NCBI GenBank assembly: GCA_949292385.1
Contig: CASEZC010000010.1
Span: 7,432-71,431 of the forward strand
Source of the DNA: an uncultured Pseudomonadota bacterium
Lineage (GTDB): Bacteria > Pseudomonadota > Alphaproteobacteria > Rs-D84
Reading direction: 5' to 3'
DNA: 64,000 nucleotides
The notes beneath the pieces are model-generated. The model saw only the letters and a program-made list of their open reading frames with translations, did not search any database and was not told the DNA's origin. Both the position numbers and the translations under genes were made by a program. Below, in pieces: positions 10,204 to 19,189 of the stretch (position 1 is its first letter; the number at the start of each line of letters is the position of its first letter).

Positions 10204-10428
10204 TTAGCTTTTACTTTTTTTTACAGACTTCTTAGTCTTAGCATCGGACTTCTTAACATTTTTTTCAGTCTGTTTTTTCTGACCATCAACGTTCTTAATT
10301 TCTTTCTTAAAAACGTTTATCCCATCCGCCAAATTTTTCATCATACCTGGTATTTTATTATGTCCAAACAGAATCAATACCAATACGACAATGACTAATA
10401 TTTCTGCCCAACCAAAACGTCCAAACAT
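10204..10428 (-). CDS. tatA: Twin-arginine translocase TatA/E
   Basis: MFGRFGWAEILVIVVLVLILFG...: TatA TM plus amphipathic helix, 74 aa from the internal Met. Confidence 0.75.
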   Translation of the reverse strand: MFGRFGWAEILVIVVLVLILFGHNKIPGMMKNLADGINVFKKEIKNVDGQKKQTEKNVKKSDAKTKKSVKKSKS

Positions 10429-10451
10429 ATCATAACTCCACAATATTTACA

Positions 10452-11273
10452 TTATTTTGCTACATAACAATCCAAACCATCTGACTTTGCGTTACGGCAA
10501 AAACCATTTGCTTCGTTTGAAGAATCAAACGCTATACGAAGTCTGTATGTAGTTGTTCCATTTGGTAAAACGGCTGCCAATATAACAAACTGCTTTCCAG
10601 CGAACAAATTCTTGTGTGCAGATTGAATTTGACTTTGAGCTTTTTCTGCGGCAGCTCTCGTGCTATAAGAACCAAACTGAACATACCAATTTGCCTTTTT
10701 AGCAATGTTCTGTGATTTTTTCACACTGGTCTTTTTTGTAACCTTCGCCTGTTGCGTAGTCGCACTTTTTGTTACTTTTTTAGGTGCTTCCGTTTTTACA
10801 ACTGGTTTTTCAGGATTAAAAGTAACGTCTTTTCTGTCTTCAACGACACGAACAGGCGTACCAAGCTTTTCCTGGACAGGTTCTTTCTTAACAACAGGAG
10901 CTTGCTTTTCAACAACTTTTACAGGTTGCTTTTCTACAACAGGAACTTTTACCGGCTGTGGTTTCTGTTGTGGCACCTCAACAACATTTACAGGCATACT
11001 TTCAGCACCAACGTTTACCGGTACCTCTGCCCCTTCACCATCAACAATTACAGCAGGCGCATCCAAATCTACTTCCATAGAAGAAGAAGAATCACCACCA
11101 ATTGCGCGAATAATGATGTAAGTTGCCAAAACTATGACCAACAATCCCAAACCCAACAAAAGCCATGGTTTCTTAGGACGAGGCGCCGCAAAAGGTGCAG
11201 CATCTGGTAAATTATCCATAGATTCTGTATCGTCGTTTAAATCTAATAAATCCAAATTATCATCATTATTCAT
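10452..11273 (-). CDS. SPOR-domain septal peptidoglycan-binding protein with Pro/Val/Lys-rich repeats
   Basis: N-terminal TM, repetitive PVKVPVVEKQPVKVVEK linker, C-terminal SPOR-like domain (WYVQFGSYSTRAAAEKAQSQI...YRLRI). Confidence 0.65.
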   Translation of the reverse strand: MNNDDNLDLLDLNDDTESMDNLPDAAPFAAPRPKKPWLLLGLGLLVIVLATYIIIRAIGGDSSSSMEVDLDAPAVIVDGEGAEVPVNVGAESMPVNVVEVPQQKPQPVKVPVVEKQPVKVVEKQAPVVKKEPVQEKLGTPVRVVEDRKDVTFNPEKPVVKTEAPKKVTKSATTQQAKVTKKTSVKKSQNIAKKANWYVQFGSYSTRAAAEKAQSQIQSAHKNLFAGKQFVILAAVLPNGTTTYRLRIAFDSSNEANGFCRNAKSDGLDCYVAK

Positions 11274-11352
11274 CAGGATTCTCCCATTGTTATTTTGTCA
11301 TATTATACCATAAAAAAGTCATATAACAAAGAATATCTAACAAAAAAATCCG

Positions 11353-11496
11353 TTTATTTAGGCATTTGCCCAAAATTTGGAGGAACTATTAATTTATGAT
11401 TTTGTTCAACAATAGGTTCTGTTTCGCATTTTTTAGCACATGCAGACAACACAACCGGAACAACAGCAATTAATAATAAAAGAAAAACCTTTTTCA
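11353..11496 (-). CDS. Small lipoprotein (47 aa), below the ORF-track length cutoff
   Basis: Hand translation: MKKVFLLLLIAVVPVVLSACAKKCETEPIVEQNHKLIVPPNFGQMPK. Lipobox LSAC; AAAGGA Shine-Dalgarno about 9 nt upstream. Confidence 0.45.
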
Positions 11497-11524
11497 TAAA
11501 CTCTTTCCTTTCTTATTCATTCAA

Positions 11525-11546
11525 GGCGCATAAAAACTTATGCGCC
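11525..11546. other. 9-bp perfect stem-loop between thrS 3' end and the small lipoprotein gene
   Basis: GGCGCATAAaaacTTATGCGCC. No clear U-run on the thrS sense strand, so it may be a terminator, attenuator or processing site. Confidence 0.35.
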
Positions 11547-11558
11547 CTGAGTTTGTTA

Positions 11559-13292
11559 TTATTTAGGCATTTTTACAGAGTTTTTCATCTGTTCTACAAA
11601 GTCAGCCAACGGCATAACTTCTTGTTTTTCTACGCCCAGTTTACGAAGCGTAACTGTTTTTTCTGCCGCTTCCTTTTCACCGACAACTGCAATGATAGGC
11701 GTTTTTGCCAAAGACAATTCACGAATCTTATAGTTAACTTTTTCATCGCGTAAATCTGCACGACAATAAACACCCGCATCACGCAATTCATCAACTATTT
11801 CTAACGCATAGTCTTTATACTTTTCAGAAATTGGCGTTACAACCACCGGTTCTGGAGACAGCCATAAAGGCAGATTTCCACCCGTTGATCCTAACAGAAT
11901 TCCCATAAAGCGTTCTATAGAACCAAGCATTGCGCGATGCAACATAATTGGACGATGTTTTTCACCATCTTCACCAATGTATGACAAGTCAAAACGTTCT
12001 GGCAAGTTCATGTCTAATTGAACCGTACCACACTGCCAAGTGCGTCCCAAAGCATCTTTCAAATAGTTATCAATTTTTGGTCCATAGAATGCAGCATCAC
12101 CTTCTGCAATTTCATATTCTATACCGTTCGCATCCAATGCATGTTTCAAAGCGCCTTCGGCCTTGTCCCAAATTTCATCTGACCCGATACGGAATTCAGA
12201 TTCTTTACGCGTTGCAAGTTTCATAGAAATTTTATCGAAACCAAACTTGCCATAAATATCTTTAATAAAGCGCAGAATCTTAACAACTTCTTCTTCCAAC
12301 TGTTCTTCCGTGCAGAAAATGTGAGCATCGTCTTGCGTAAATTCACGAACGCGCATCAACCCAGACAAACCACCTGCTGCTTCATAACGATTTACCTTAC
12401 CAAATTCTGCCAAATACATAGGCAAATCTTTGTAAGACTTAATACCCTGCCCGAACACCAGCATTCCACCAGGACAAGACATCGGCTTTACGCAGAAAGT
12501 TTTACCGTCTTGCGTTTTACCAGAATAATTATGTTCACCATATTTTGCCCAGTGACCACTGCGTTCCCACAAAGAACGGTCCATAACGGAAGGCGTAGAA
12601 ATTTCTAAATAACCTGCCTTTTCTTGACGACTACGTATATAATCTATCAATCTGCGATAAATTTTATATCCCTTATCGTGCCAAAAGACAGCCCCAGGTG
12701 CATAATCAGGTTCAAAATGGAACAAATCCATTTCTTTACCAAGTTTACGATTATCACGCAATGCGGCCTCTTCCTGCATTTTCAAGAATTCATCTAACTC
12801 TTCCTTGCTTGCAAACGCATCTACATAAATACGCTGCAACATTTTATTCTTAGAATCACCCTTCCAATAAGCCCCTGCGACATTACGGATTTTAAATCCG
12901 TCACGTGGCAAATCTTTAGAACTTTCAACGTGAGGTCCACGACATAAATCAACAAAATCGCGGAATTTATAAACAGACAAAGCCTCGCCTGCGGCATCAT
13001 AGTCGTTCAACCATTCCATTTTATAAGGTTGCTCTGCAAAAATTTCTTTTGCTTCATTTAAATCTACATAGCGCTGTTCAAACTTTCCATTAGATTTTAT
13101 TAAATCGCGCATTTCTTTTTCTATTTTTGCAAAATCTTCTTCTGAGAAACGGTGTTCTGTATCAAAATCATAATAGAACCCGTTTTCAATTGCGGGACCA
13201 CCTGCAAATTTAACATCTGGATACAATTTCTGTACGGCAGCAGCCATAACGTGTGCCAAAGAATGACGAATCGTTTCAATTGGATAAGACAT
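11559..13292 (-). CDS. thrS: Threonine--tRNA ligase (lacks the N-terminal TGS domain)
   Basis: 577 aa beginning at the editing domain (IRHSLAHVMAAAV...GFYYDFD); class II catalytic core and anticodon-binding domain present. Confidence 0.9.
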   Translation of the reverse strand: MSYPIETIRHSLAHVMAAAVQKLYPDVKFAGGPAIENGFYYDFDTEHRFSEEDFAKIEKEMRDLIKSNGKFEQRYVDLNEAKEIFAEQPYKMEWLNDYDAAGEALSVYKFRDFVDLCRGPHVESSKDLPRDGFKIRNVAGAYWKGDSKNKMLQRIYVDAFASKEELDEFLKMQEEAALRDNRKLGKEMDLFHFEPDYAPGAVFWHDKGYKIYRRLIDYIRSRQEKAGYLEISTPSVMDRSLWERSGHWAKYGEHNYSGKTQDGKTFCVKPMSCPGGMLVFGQGIKSYKDLPMYLAEFGKVNRYEAAGGLSGLMRVREFTQDDAHIFCTEEQLEEEVVKILRFIKDIYGKFGFDKISMKLATRKESEFRIGSDEIWDKAEGALKHALDANGIEYEIAEGDAAFYGPKIDNYLKDALGRTWQCGTVQLDMNLPERFDLSYIGEDGEKHRPIMLHRAMLGSIERFMGILLGSTGGNLPLWLSPEPVVVTPISEKYKDYALEIVDELRDAGVYCRADLRDEKVNYKIRELSLAKTPIIAVVGEKEAAEKTVTLRKLGVEKQEVMPLADFVEQMKNSVKMPK

Positions 13293-13476
13293 AATAAAAA
13301 CCTTTAATTTTATATAATTTTACTTTATTGAATATTTAGATTGATTATTACACTGCGCGGTCAAAACCGCAAATAGAATCTACACCCCCAAAGGGGTTGT
13401 TGTTGTAGTTGTAAAAGTAATAAAATATTTAATCATCTTGGCAATTATAGTACTTTTTATATAAAAAAGTCAAATT

Positions 13477-14235
13477 TTATATAACTGGTACATAATCTAA
13501 AATACAACCGAACAACACAGCGAAAAAGAAACACACACTGCCACCTATAACGAACAAGTGCCATACAACATGAGAGTACTTCATTTTTCTCCAAACATAA
13601 AATATAACCCCAACAGAATAAGACAAACCACCAGCCAAAATGAACCACAACCCTCTTTCAGGTATATTGCGTAACATAGCTGGCAATATAAACAATAAAG
13701 TCCATCCCATAATTAAATACAAAACAACCATCCATTTAGGTTGTTGTTTTGGGCTGCGCATTTTCATAACAGAGCCAAAAATAACAACTGCCCAAAGGAT
13801 TCCGAATACAGTCCACCCCAGCGCCCCCCTCAAATTAACCAGCAAAAAAGGTGTATACGTACCAGCTATCAAGGCATATATAGCAACACTGTCCCATACT
13901 TCAAAAAAACATTCACTTTTTTTACCAATTGTCGCATGGCACATAGTAGAACCAAAATACAACGTAAACATTGTTACGCCAAAGATTGCACATGAAACAA
14001 CAGACCAAGCATTTCCATAAATTGCCGCAAAAACAACCAACAAAGTCAACCCAGCAATCGCAAGCCCTATTCCGATACCATGAGTCAGAATATTCAGCAC
14101 TTCTTCTGATTTCGTGCTTGGACGTTCCCAGCGGAACAAACCTGTTGCACGCAAAATTCTCAACAATCGATTACTTCTTGGATTGTGTTTTACTTCTTTA
14201 AGCTTTCTACGAACTGCTTTTCCTGTTTTAGTCAT
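13477..14235 (-). CDS. Hemolysin III / PAQR-family membrane protein
   Basis: 7-TM protein with HGIG and Hly-III-like motifs; 4-nt overlap with the gltX stop. Confidence 0.75.
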   Translation of the reverse strand: MTKTGKAVRRKLKEVKHNPRSNRLLRILRATGLFRWERPSTKSEEVLNILTHGIGIGLAIAGLTLLVVFAAIYGNAWSVVSCAIFGVTMFTLYFGSTMCHATIGKKSECFFEVWDSVAIYALIAGTYTPFLLVNLRGALGWTVFGILWAVVIFGSVMKMRSPKQQPKWMVVLYLIMGWTLLFILPAMLRNIPERGLWFILAGGLSYSVGVIFYVWRKMKYSHVVWHLFVIGGSVCFFFAVLFGCILDYVPVI

Positions 14236-15809
14236 TTTAACACATCCTTTACACGTCCTATTACTTTATCTCCGCCCATAACCTGCATAATAGAATACAA
14301 ATCAGGTGTATTCGTTCTGCCTGTTAATGCGACGCGTAAATTCATAGCAACTTCGCCATTTTTTATACCTTTATCTGTGGCAACGGAAACAATTTTATTC
14401 CACCAAGAATCCTTATCATCACAAACATCAAAAGAATCTAAGAAAGCAGCCAAAGCATCTTTATTAAATTCATATTCCTTATTAGGAACGAACAAGTCAT
14501 CCCAAAAATAAGATACTTCCTGTAATGTTTGTTTCCAAGTTATAAAGTCTTTACGAATGCGCTTTGGATTATCACGTTCTATCGCCAAAATATTTTTTAA
14601 ATACTCTGGATTATCAGCGATTCGTGCTGTCCACTGTACATCATACTCTTCCGCCCAATTACGTACACGCTTTACTAATTCATCAACAGACAAAGACGCA
14701 ATAAATTCTTTCGCCCACCATTCCAATTTCTTCATATCAAACAACGCACCGGACATAGGTATTTTCTTCGGTTTCATTTCATAATCCCAAATAGATTTTA
14801 CCTGCCCTTTAGACTTTGCTTCTTCATAACCAGATGCAGCGATATTACCAAGATATTCTAATACAGCCTCAGTTGGCCAACCGTCTTGCAAGAAGAAAGC
14901 AACGTTCGCTTCTGGATCATGACGCTTTGAAAGTTTTCTTTGTTTTCCAGTTTCAGCGTCTATTTTATCTATTGTTGAAGTATGAATATACATTGGTGGC
15001 ATCCAGCCCATCATACGGAACAATTGTATATGCAGCGGAAATGATGGCAACCATTCTTCACCACGAACAACATGTGTTGTACGCATAAAATGGTCGTCAC
15101 ACAAATGCGCAAAATGATATGTAGGCAAACCATCGTTTGATTTTATCAAAACAATATCTTCATTATTTTCTGGGAATCCGATTGAACCACGAACAGCATC
15201 TTTACAAAAGATTCTATTTTCTGGATTACCAGTTGAATACAAACGAATTGAAGGCACTTCACCATTATCAAGGCGTGTAATAATTTCTTCTTCCGTTAAA
15301 TCTCTATCACGCGCAAACTCACCATAAATTCCAGTTGCGAAACCAGCAGCTTTTTGATTTTCACGAATTTTTTCCATGTCATCTGCCGTCAAAAAGCAAG
15401 GATATGCCAAACCACGCGCCAACAAATCAGCCACAACACTATGATAAATATCTTTACGTTTAGACTGATAATAAGGGCCGTATTTTTCATCATTATTATA
15501 TTTCAAGCCAAATCTGTGCATAGAATCTTCGATAATTTTTACGGCATCTGCGACTTCGCGCTTGGTATCAGTATCTTCTATACGCAACATAAAAACGCCG
15601 CCTGATTGTTGAGCCAACTTACAATCAACCAAGGCTTGATATAAACCACCAATGTGCATATACCCCGTAGGGCTTGGTGCAAATCGCGTAACGAATGCCC
15701 CATCCGGCAAAGAACGAGCTGGATATTTTTCTTCCAACTCTGCCAAAGTATATTTAGGTTGCGCACCAAGTATACGCGCTATTAAATCTTTACTTAAACC
15801 ATTACGCAT
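14232..15809 (-). CDS. gltX: Glutamate--tRNA ligase (class I), with an N-terminal extension of about 40 aa
   Basis: HIGG (YMHIGG) and KLSKR motifs; GluRS catalytic fold. Confidence 0.8.
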   Translation of the reverse strand: MRNGLSKDLIARILGAQPKYTLAELEEKYPARSLPDGAFVTRFAPSPTGYMHIGGLYQALVDCKLAQQSGGVFMLRIEDTDTKREVADAVKIIEDSMHRFGLKYNNDEKYGPYYQSKRKDIYHSVVADLLARGLAYPCFLTADDMEKIRENQKAAGFATGIYGEFARDRDLTEEEIITRLDNGEVPSIRLYSTGNPENRIFCKDAVRGSIGFPENNEDIVLIKSNDGLPTYHFAHLCDDHFMRTTHVVRGEEWLPSFPLHIQLFRMMGWMPPMYIHTSTIDKIDAETGKQRKLSKRHDPEANVAFFLQDGWPTEAVLEYLGNIAASGYEEAKSKGQVKSIWDYEMKPKKIPMSGALFDMKKLEWWAKEFIASLSVDELVKRVRNWAEEYDVQWTARIADNPEYLKNILAIERDNPKRIRKDFITWKQTLQEVSYFWDDLFVPNKEYEFNKDALAAFLDSFDVCDDKDSWWNKIVSVATDKGIKNGEVAMNLRVALTGRTNTPDLYSIMQVMGGDKVIGRVKDVLK

Positions 15810-15810
15810 T

Positions 15811-16350
15811 TTACAAACCCTTTCTAAATTTCACAAAAACTATATTGTCACGAGACTGACCATGCAGTATAAAAGAATGCTTTGCAACACTTTCTTTTTC
15901 AAAGCCTGCCCTTTCTGCGACAGCCTGTGACGCAAGATTCTCTGTATCCACAAGAATTTCTATTCTATCAAATTTTAACACATCAAAAGCAAAATCACTT
16001 AATGCCTTAACCGCCTTGGTCATAATACCACGACCTGTATAATCTTTAGACAACCAATAGCCAATTTCTGCTATTTTATGTGTTTCTGATATAATTCCAA
16101 GTCCTACACTACCAATAATTTCGCCGTTAATTACGATATAATAGCTGCCATTATTAGTTTTAGACGCTTTATTTAAATGGTCATACATATCTTCTGGCTT
16201 TTTTGATGCTTCTACCCATATAAGCCATTTTCCCAAATAATCACGCTGTGCATTAATTATTCCAAACAAATGTTTTGCAACATCAAACGAAGGTTCCACC
16301 TTTTCAAGATTAAAACCGTCACAATTAATTATTTTTGGAAACTCTACCAT
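15811..16350 (-). CDS. GNAT-family N-acetyltransferase (RimJ/RimL-like)
   Basis: 179 aa, GNAT fold motifs (IGYWLSKDYTGRGIMTKA). Confidence 0.75.
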   Translation of the reverse strand: MVEFPKIINCDGFNLEKVEPSFDVAKHLFGIINAQRDYLGKWLIWVEASKKPEDMYDHLNKASKTNNGSYYIVINGEIIGSVGLGIISETHKIAEIGYWLSKDYTGRGIMTKAVKALSDFAFDVLKFDRIEILVDTENLASQAVAERAGFEKESVAKHSFILHGQSRDNIVFVKFRKGL

Positions 16351-16395
16351 TTATATTTCCTTGTTTTCTTATTTTTCAAATTTTATACTAAATAT

Positions 16396-17031
16396 ATGGA
16401 AAAACAAGAAATAAGAACATTTGGTCGCCGACACGGCAAAAAGATATCTGCACGCCAACAATGGCTGATTGATAATATTTTACCCAAAATATCCCCGTTA
16501 AACGAATCGGATAACACGGTAAAAATACTTGAAATAGGCTTTGGCAGTGGCGAGCATTTAAGAGAACTTGCAAATCAAAACCCAGAAAAAATTATAGTTG
16601 GTGCAGAGCCTTTTATGAATGGCGTCGCGTCTTTATTGTCTGCAATTACAAACATAACAACCAACGAAGTTCTATCAGAATATAAAAACATCAGGATTTT
16701 TGCAGACGACGTTCGTGACTTATTACGTAACACCGATTCGAAATTCGAACAAATTTGGGTTCTTCACCCTGACCCATGGCCAAAGGCAAAGCACGAAAAA
16801 CGTAGACTTTTAAATGCAGAATTTTTAAAACTTTTATCTAACCACTTGACCAATTCGGGCGAGATAATAATCGGCACAGACCATTGGGAATATTTTGATT
16901 GGATTCAACAAGAGCTGCAAAAGACGAACTTAAAATTTAGCACGCCAGACATTGCGACTATTCATACCAGATACCAAGAAAAGAACAAAGCTGGAACAAT
17001 CGCGCCAAAGTATTTAGTTATAAAAAATTAA
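16396..17031 (+). CDS. trmB: tRNA (guanine46-N7)-methyltransferase TrmB. Start taken at the internal MEKQEI.
   Basis: SAM-binding LEIGFGSGEHL and TrmB core. The upstream 42 codons of the tracked ORF are low-complexity read-through. Confidence 0.85.
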   Translation: MEKQEIRTFGRRHGKKISARQQWLIDNILPKISPLNESDNTVKILEIGFGSGEHLRELANQNPEKIIVGAEPFMNGVASLLSAITNITTNEVLSEYKNIRIFADDVRDLLRNTDSKFEQIWVLHPDPWPKAKHEKRRLLNAEFLKLLSNHLTNSGEIIIGTDHWEYFDWIQQELQKTNLKFSTPDIATIHTRYQEKNKAGTIAPKYLVIKN

Positions 17032-17702
17032 ACATTCACAAAAAATTTTATTTTATCTAATAACTTTGGCCGCATAGTTTCGACCAATCTATACGCCTGT
17101 TCTATTCTTAAAAAATTTCTTCCAAAAGCAAAATGCAAATCACAATCAAGCTCAGGATTCCATGCATCAAGCGCCGCATATAGTCTTCCTATAAAATCAG
17201 ATTTATCACCCTTGTCTACTGGTAAAGCCAGCAACAAACCAGACGCACGAATTTTACGCAAAGCATCAAAAACATTTTTCCAATCGAATGCGTCCACATC
17301 TGAAATATCTAAGCCAATATACAAACTTTTATTAAAAAACAAATCATCTCTAATAATATATAACTTAGAAACAAAATTACTTAAATCAGATAACCTGATA
17401 AAAATTTGTACCCCATCAGCACCCTGTTTAAAAACATAATTTATATTTGATGTTAATTCAGATATTACATCATCAGATTTTGACTTTTCGCTTAAATAAA
17501 ACCTAGAAAATATATCTACACATTTACCTTCCAGCCAAGGCCATAATACAGAAACAGCCGACGAAACGACAGACACCGCATCAAAATGTTCTGTTACAGC
17601 TTGATTTGCAACATAAGCCAAATCAGTTGAATCCGATTCGGCATTACACCACAATGCCAGCTTATAAGAGTTTTCATCAAGAATATTATCCACGTTTATC
17701 AT
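17028..17702 (-). CDS. Hypothetical protein with divergent DeoC/LacD-aldolase-like (TIM-barrel) features
   Basis: 224 aa. Segments can be aligned by eye to deoxyribose-phosphate aldolase (HFDAVSVVSSAVSV...GKCVDIFSRF ~ FASVCVNP...GVDVCTVIGF; GADGVQIFIRLSDL ~ GATEVDMVINIAAL), but the FVKTSTGF Schiff-base lysine motif is not conserved. Confidence 0.3.
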   Translation of the reverse strand: MINVDNILDENSYKLALWCNAESDSTDLAYVANQAVTEHFDAVSVVSSAVSVLWPWLEGKCVDIFSRFYLSEKSKSDDVISELTSNINYVFKQGADGVQIFIRLSDLSNFVSKLYIIRDDLFFNKSLYIGLDISDVDAFDWKNVFDALRKIRASGLLLALPVDKGDKSDFIGRLYAALDAWNPELDCDLHFAFGRNFLRIEQAYRLVETMRPKLLDKIKFFVNV

Positions 17703-17745
17703 AACTCTTTTTACTTTATCATAAATATGATATAATCAAAGACAA

Positions 17746-18672
17746 ATGAAAATAAGAATTGATAACATATTACTTGGAACCTTATGGTTACTAGCTGTAA
17801 CGCTGGGGGCAAGCTTTTGGTTTAACACAATATTTGGTTTTAATATATTATCCGTAAAACACTGGGAATACGTTTCTTATTTGCAGGCAGCAAAAACACC
17901 TATAAATTCTATGTTTTATGTATCTTTTGTAATAACGGTATTTGTTGCAATCCTAGGCTTATACGTTCTTATACGTCCAAGATTAAGAAAAATTAGACTA
18001 CCAATAGTACGAATATCAAACAATAAACCTGTTCAAACATCACAACCAGAAAAAAACACACAAACAGACGCATCTACACTGGATGTAACTAAAAGCGCTG
18101 AAATACAAAAAACAGTCCCAACCGCCCCAAGTGTTCCACAGCATATAACAGTCAGACCACCTAGGTTAAATTTACCGATAGCAAGCAATATGTCGACACC
18201 TGTAATCAACAAACAACCGACAAACAACACTTTTAACAACCAACCAAAACCAGTAGCCAAGGAATATCCAGAAATACAAGAAATATTTGCATCTGCTGGC
18301 TATACAGTAAAAAAGAACCCTATAATAAACGGCATAAAAACCGCATTACTGGCAATTGGTTCTGACGAAGTGCTCTGGATTGGGGCCGTTGGAATAAAAA
18401 CGACAGAATTAAGAGCAATGATAGATAAACTATCACAAGTATTTTCTGACACGTTGGATGATATATACATAAATATAAATGGTTTTGTTCTTTTTGCACC
18501 AGATGAAGCAACGGCAGAATTTCAAAACATATTAATGTTTAATTCTATAACGCAGTTAAAAGAATACATGGAAACGCGAAAGAATCCAACGCTGCCAGAA
18601 GAAGAGAAAGATAATTTTGATGCATATTCAGAATATATTGATACAGTAATAAACTATATAGGTAAAATTTGA
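17746..18672 (+). CDS. Membrane protein of unknown function: two N-terminal TM helices, Pro/Gln/Thr-rich linker, about 130-aa C-terminal globular domain
   Basis: 308 aa; TM1 LLGTLWLLAVTLGASFWF, TM2 FYVSFVITVFVAILGLYVLI. The C-terminal domain (GYTVKKNPIINGIKTALLAIGSDEVLWIGAVGIKT...) loosely resembles a NERD/YraN restriction-endonuclease-like core. First gene of a four-gene operon. Confidence 0.5.
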   Translation: MKIRIDNILLGTLWLLAVTLGASFWFNTIFGFNILSVKHWEYVSYLQAAKTPINSMFYVSFVITVFVAILGLYVLIRPRLRKIRLPIVRISNNKPVQTSQPEKNTQTDASTLDVTKSAEIQKTVPTAPSVPQHITVRPPRLNLPIASNMSTPVINKQPTNNTFNNQPKPVAKEYPEIQEIFASAGYTVKKNPIINGIKTALLAIGSDEVLWIGAVGIKTTELRAMIDKLSQVFSDTLDDIYININGFVLFAPDEATAEFQNILMFNSITQLKEYMETRKNPTLPEEEKDNFDAYSEYIDTVINYIGKI

Positions 18673-19178
18673 TGCAATTAACAAAAGAAGCAGCTGAGCA
18701 AAAATTATCTGAATTAAAAATGGACGATTTGCCATTAATAAACATAACGCCCCAAAAAGCCAGCTTGTCTTCTGATTGGTTTATAAAATATAAAAAAGCA
18801 TGTCATGAATTCGCCTTATCTTTAACAGATTCAATAGAAGAACTTGCTTTTATGAATTTGTCTCAAGACGACTTTATGAATTTAATTATGGGCAAAAAGA
18901 TACCTACAAACTTGTCAATAAGATTTAGAATACCTTTACTTTATGGTGGCGAAATAAGTCCAGATAATATGTTTATGTGTTGGACATTTCCTAATTCTTA
19001 CAGATTAGACAAATTTATTGCGGACCAAGCAGGCAGTCAAACAATATGGTTACCTAACCCTACAAAAAAGATATATATTTCTGCACACACAGCATCTGGC
19101 GGGGATGGTGGTAACGCAACGTCTGACAGACTGTCCCAGCTGGCCGCACAACTTTCACAAAATCGTGGCATGGAATAA
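18669..19178 (+). CDS. Hypothetical protein (169 aa), no signal peptide
   Basis: ATGA start/stop overlap with the upstream gene. No family recognised by eye; C-terminal Gly/Ser-rich segment (HTASGGDGGNATS). Confidence 0.45.
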   Translation: MMQLTKEAAEQKLSELKMDDLPLINITPQKASLSSDWFIKYKKACHEFALSLTDSIEELAFMNLSQDDFMNLIMGKKIPTNLSIRFRIPLLYGGEISPDNMFMCWTFPNSYRLDKFIADQAGSQTIWLPNPTKKIYISAHTASGGDGGNATSDRLSQLAAQLSQNRGME

Positions 19179-19189
19179 GAGAAACAAAA

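Noticed and set aside
10705-11210. Two plus-strand ORFs (138 and 152 aa) inside the SPOR-protein gene
   Set aside because: Antisense to a gene with a clear SPOR domain; compositionally biased (Thr/Phe/Arg-rich), no motifs.
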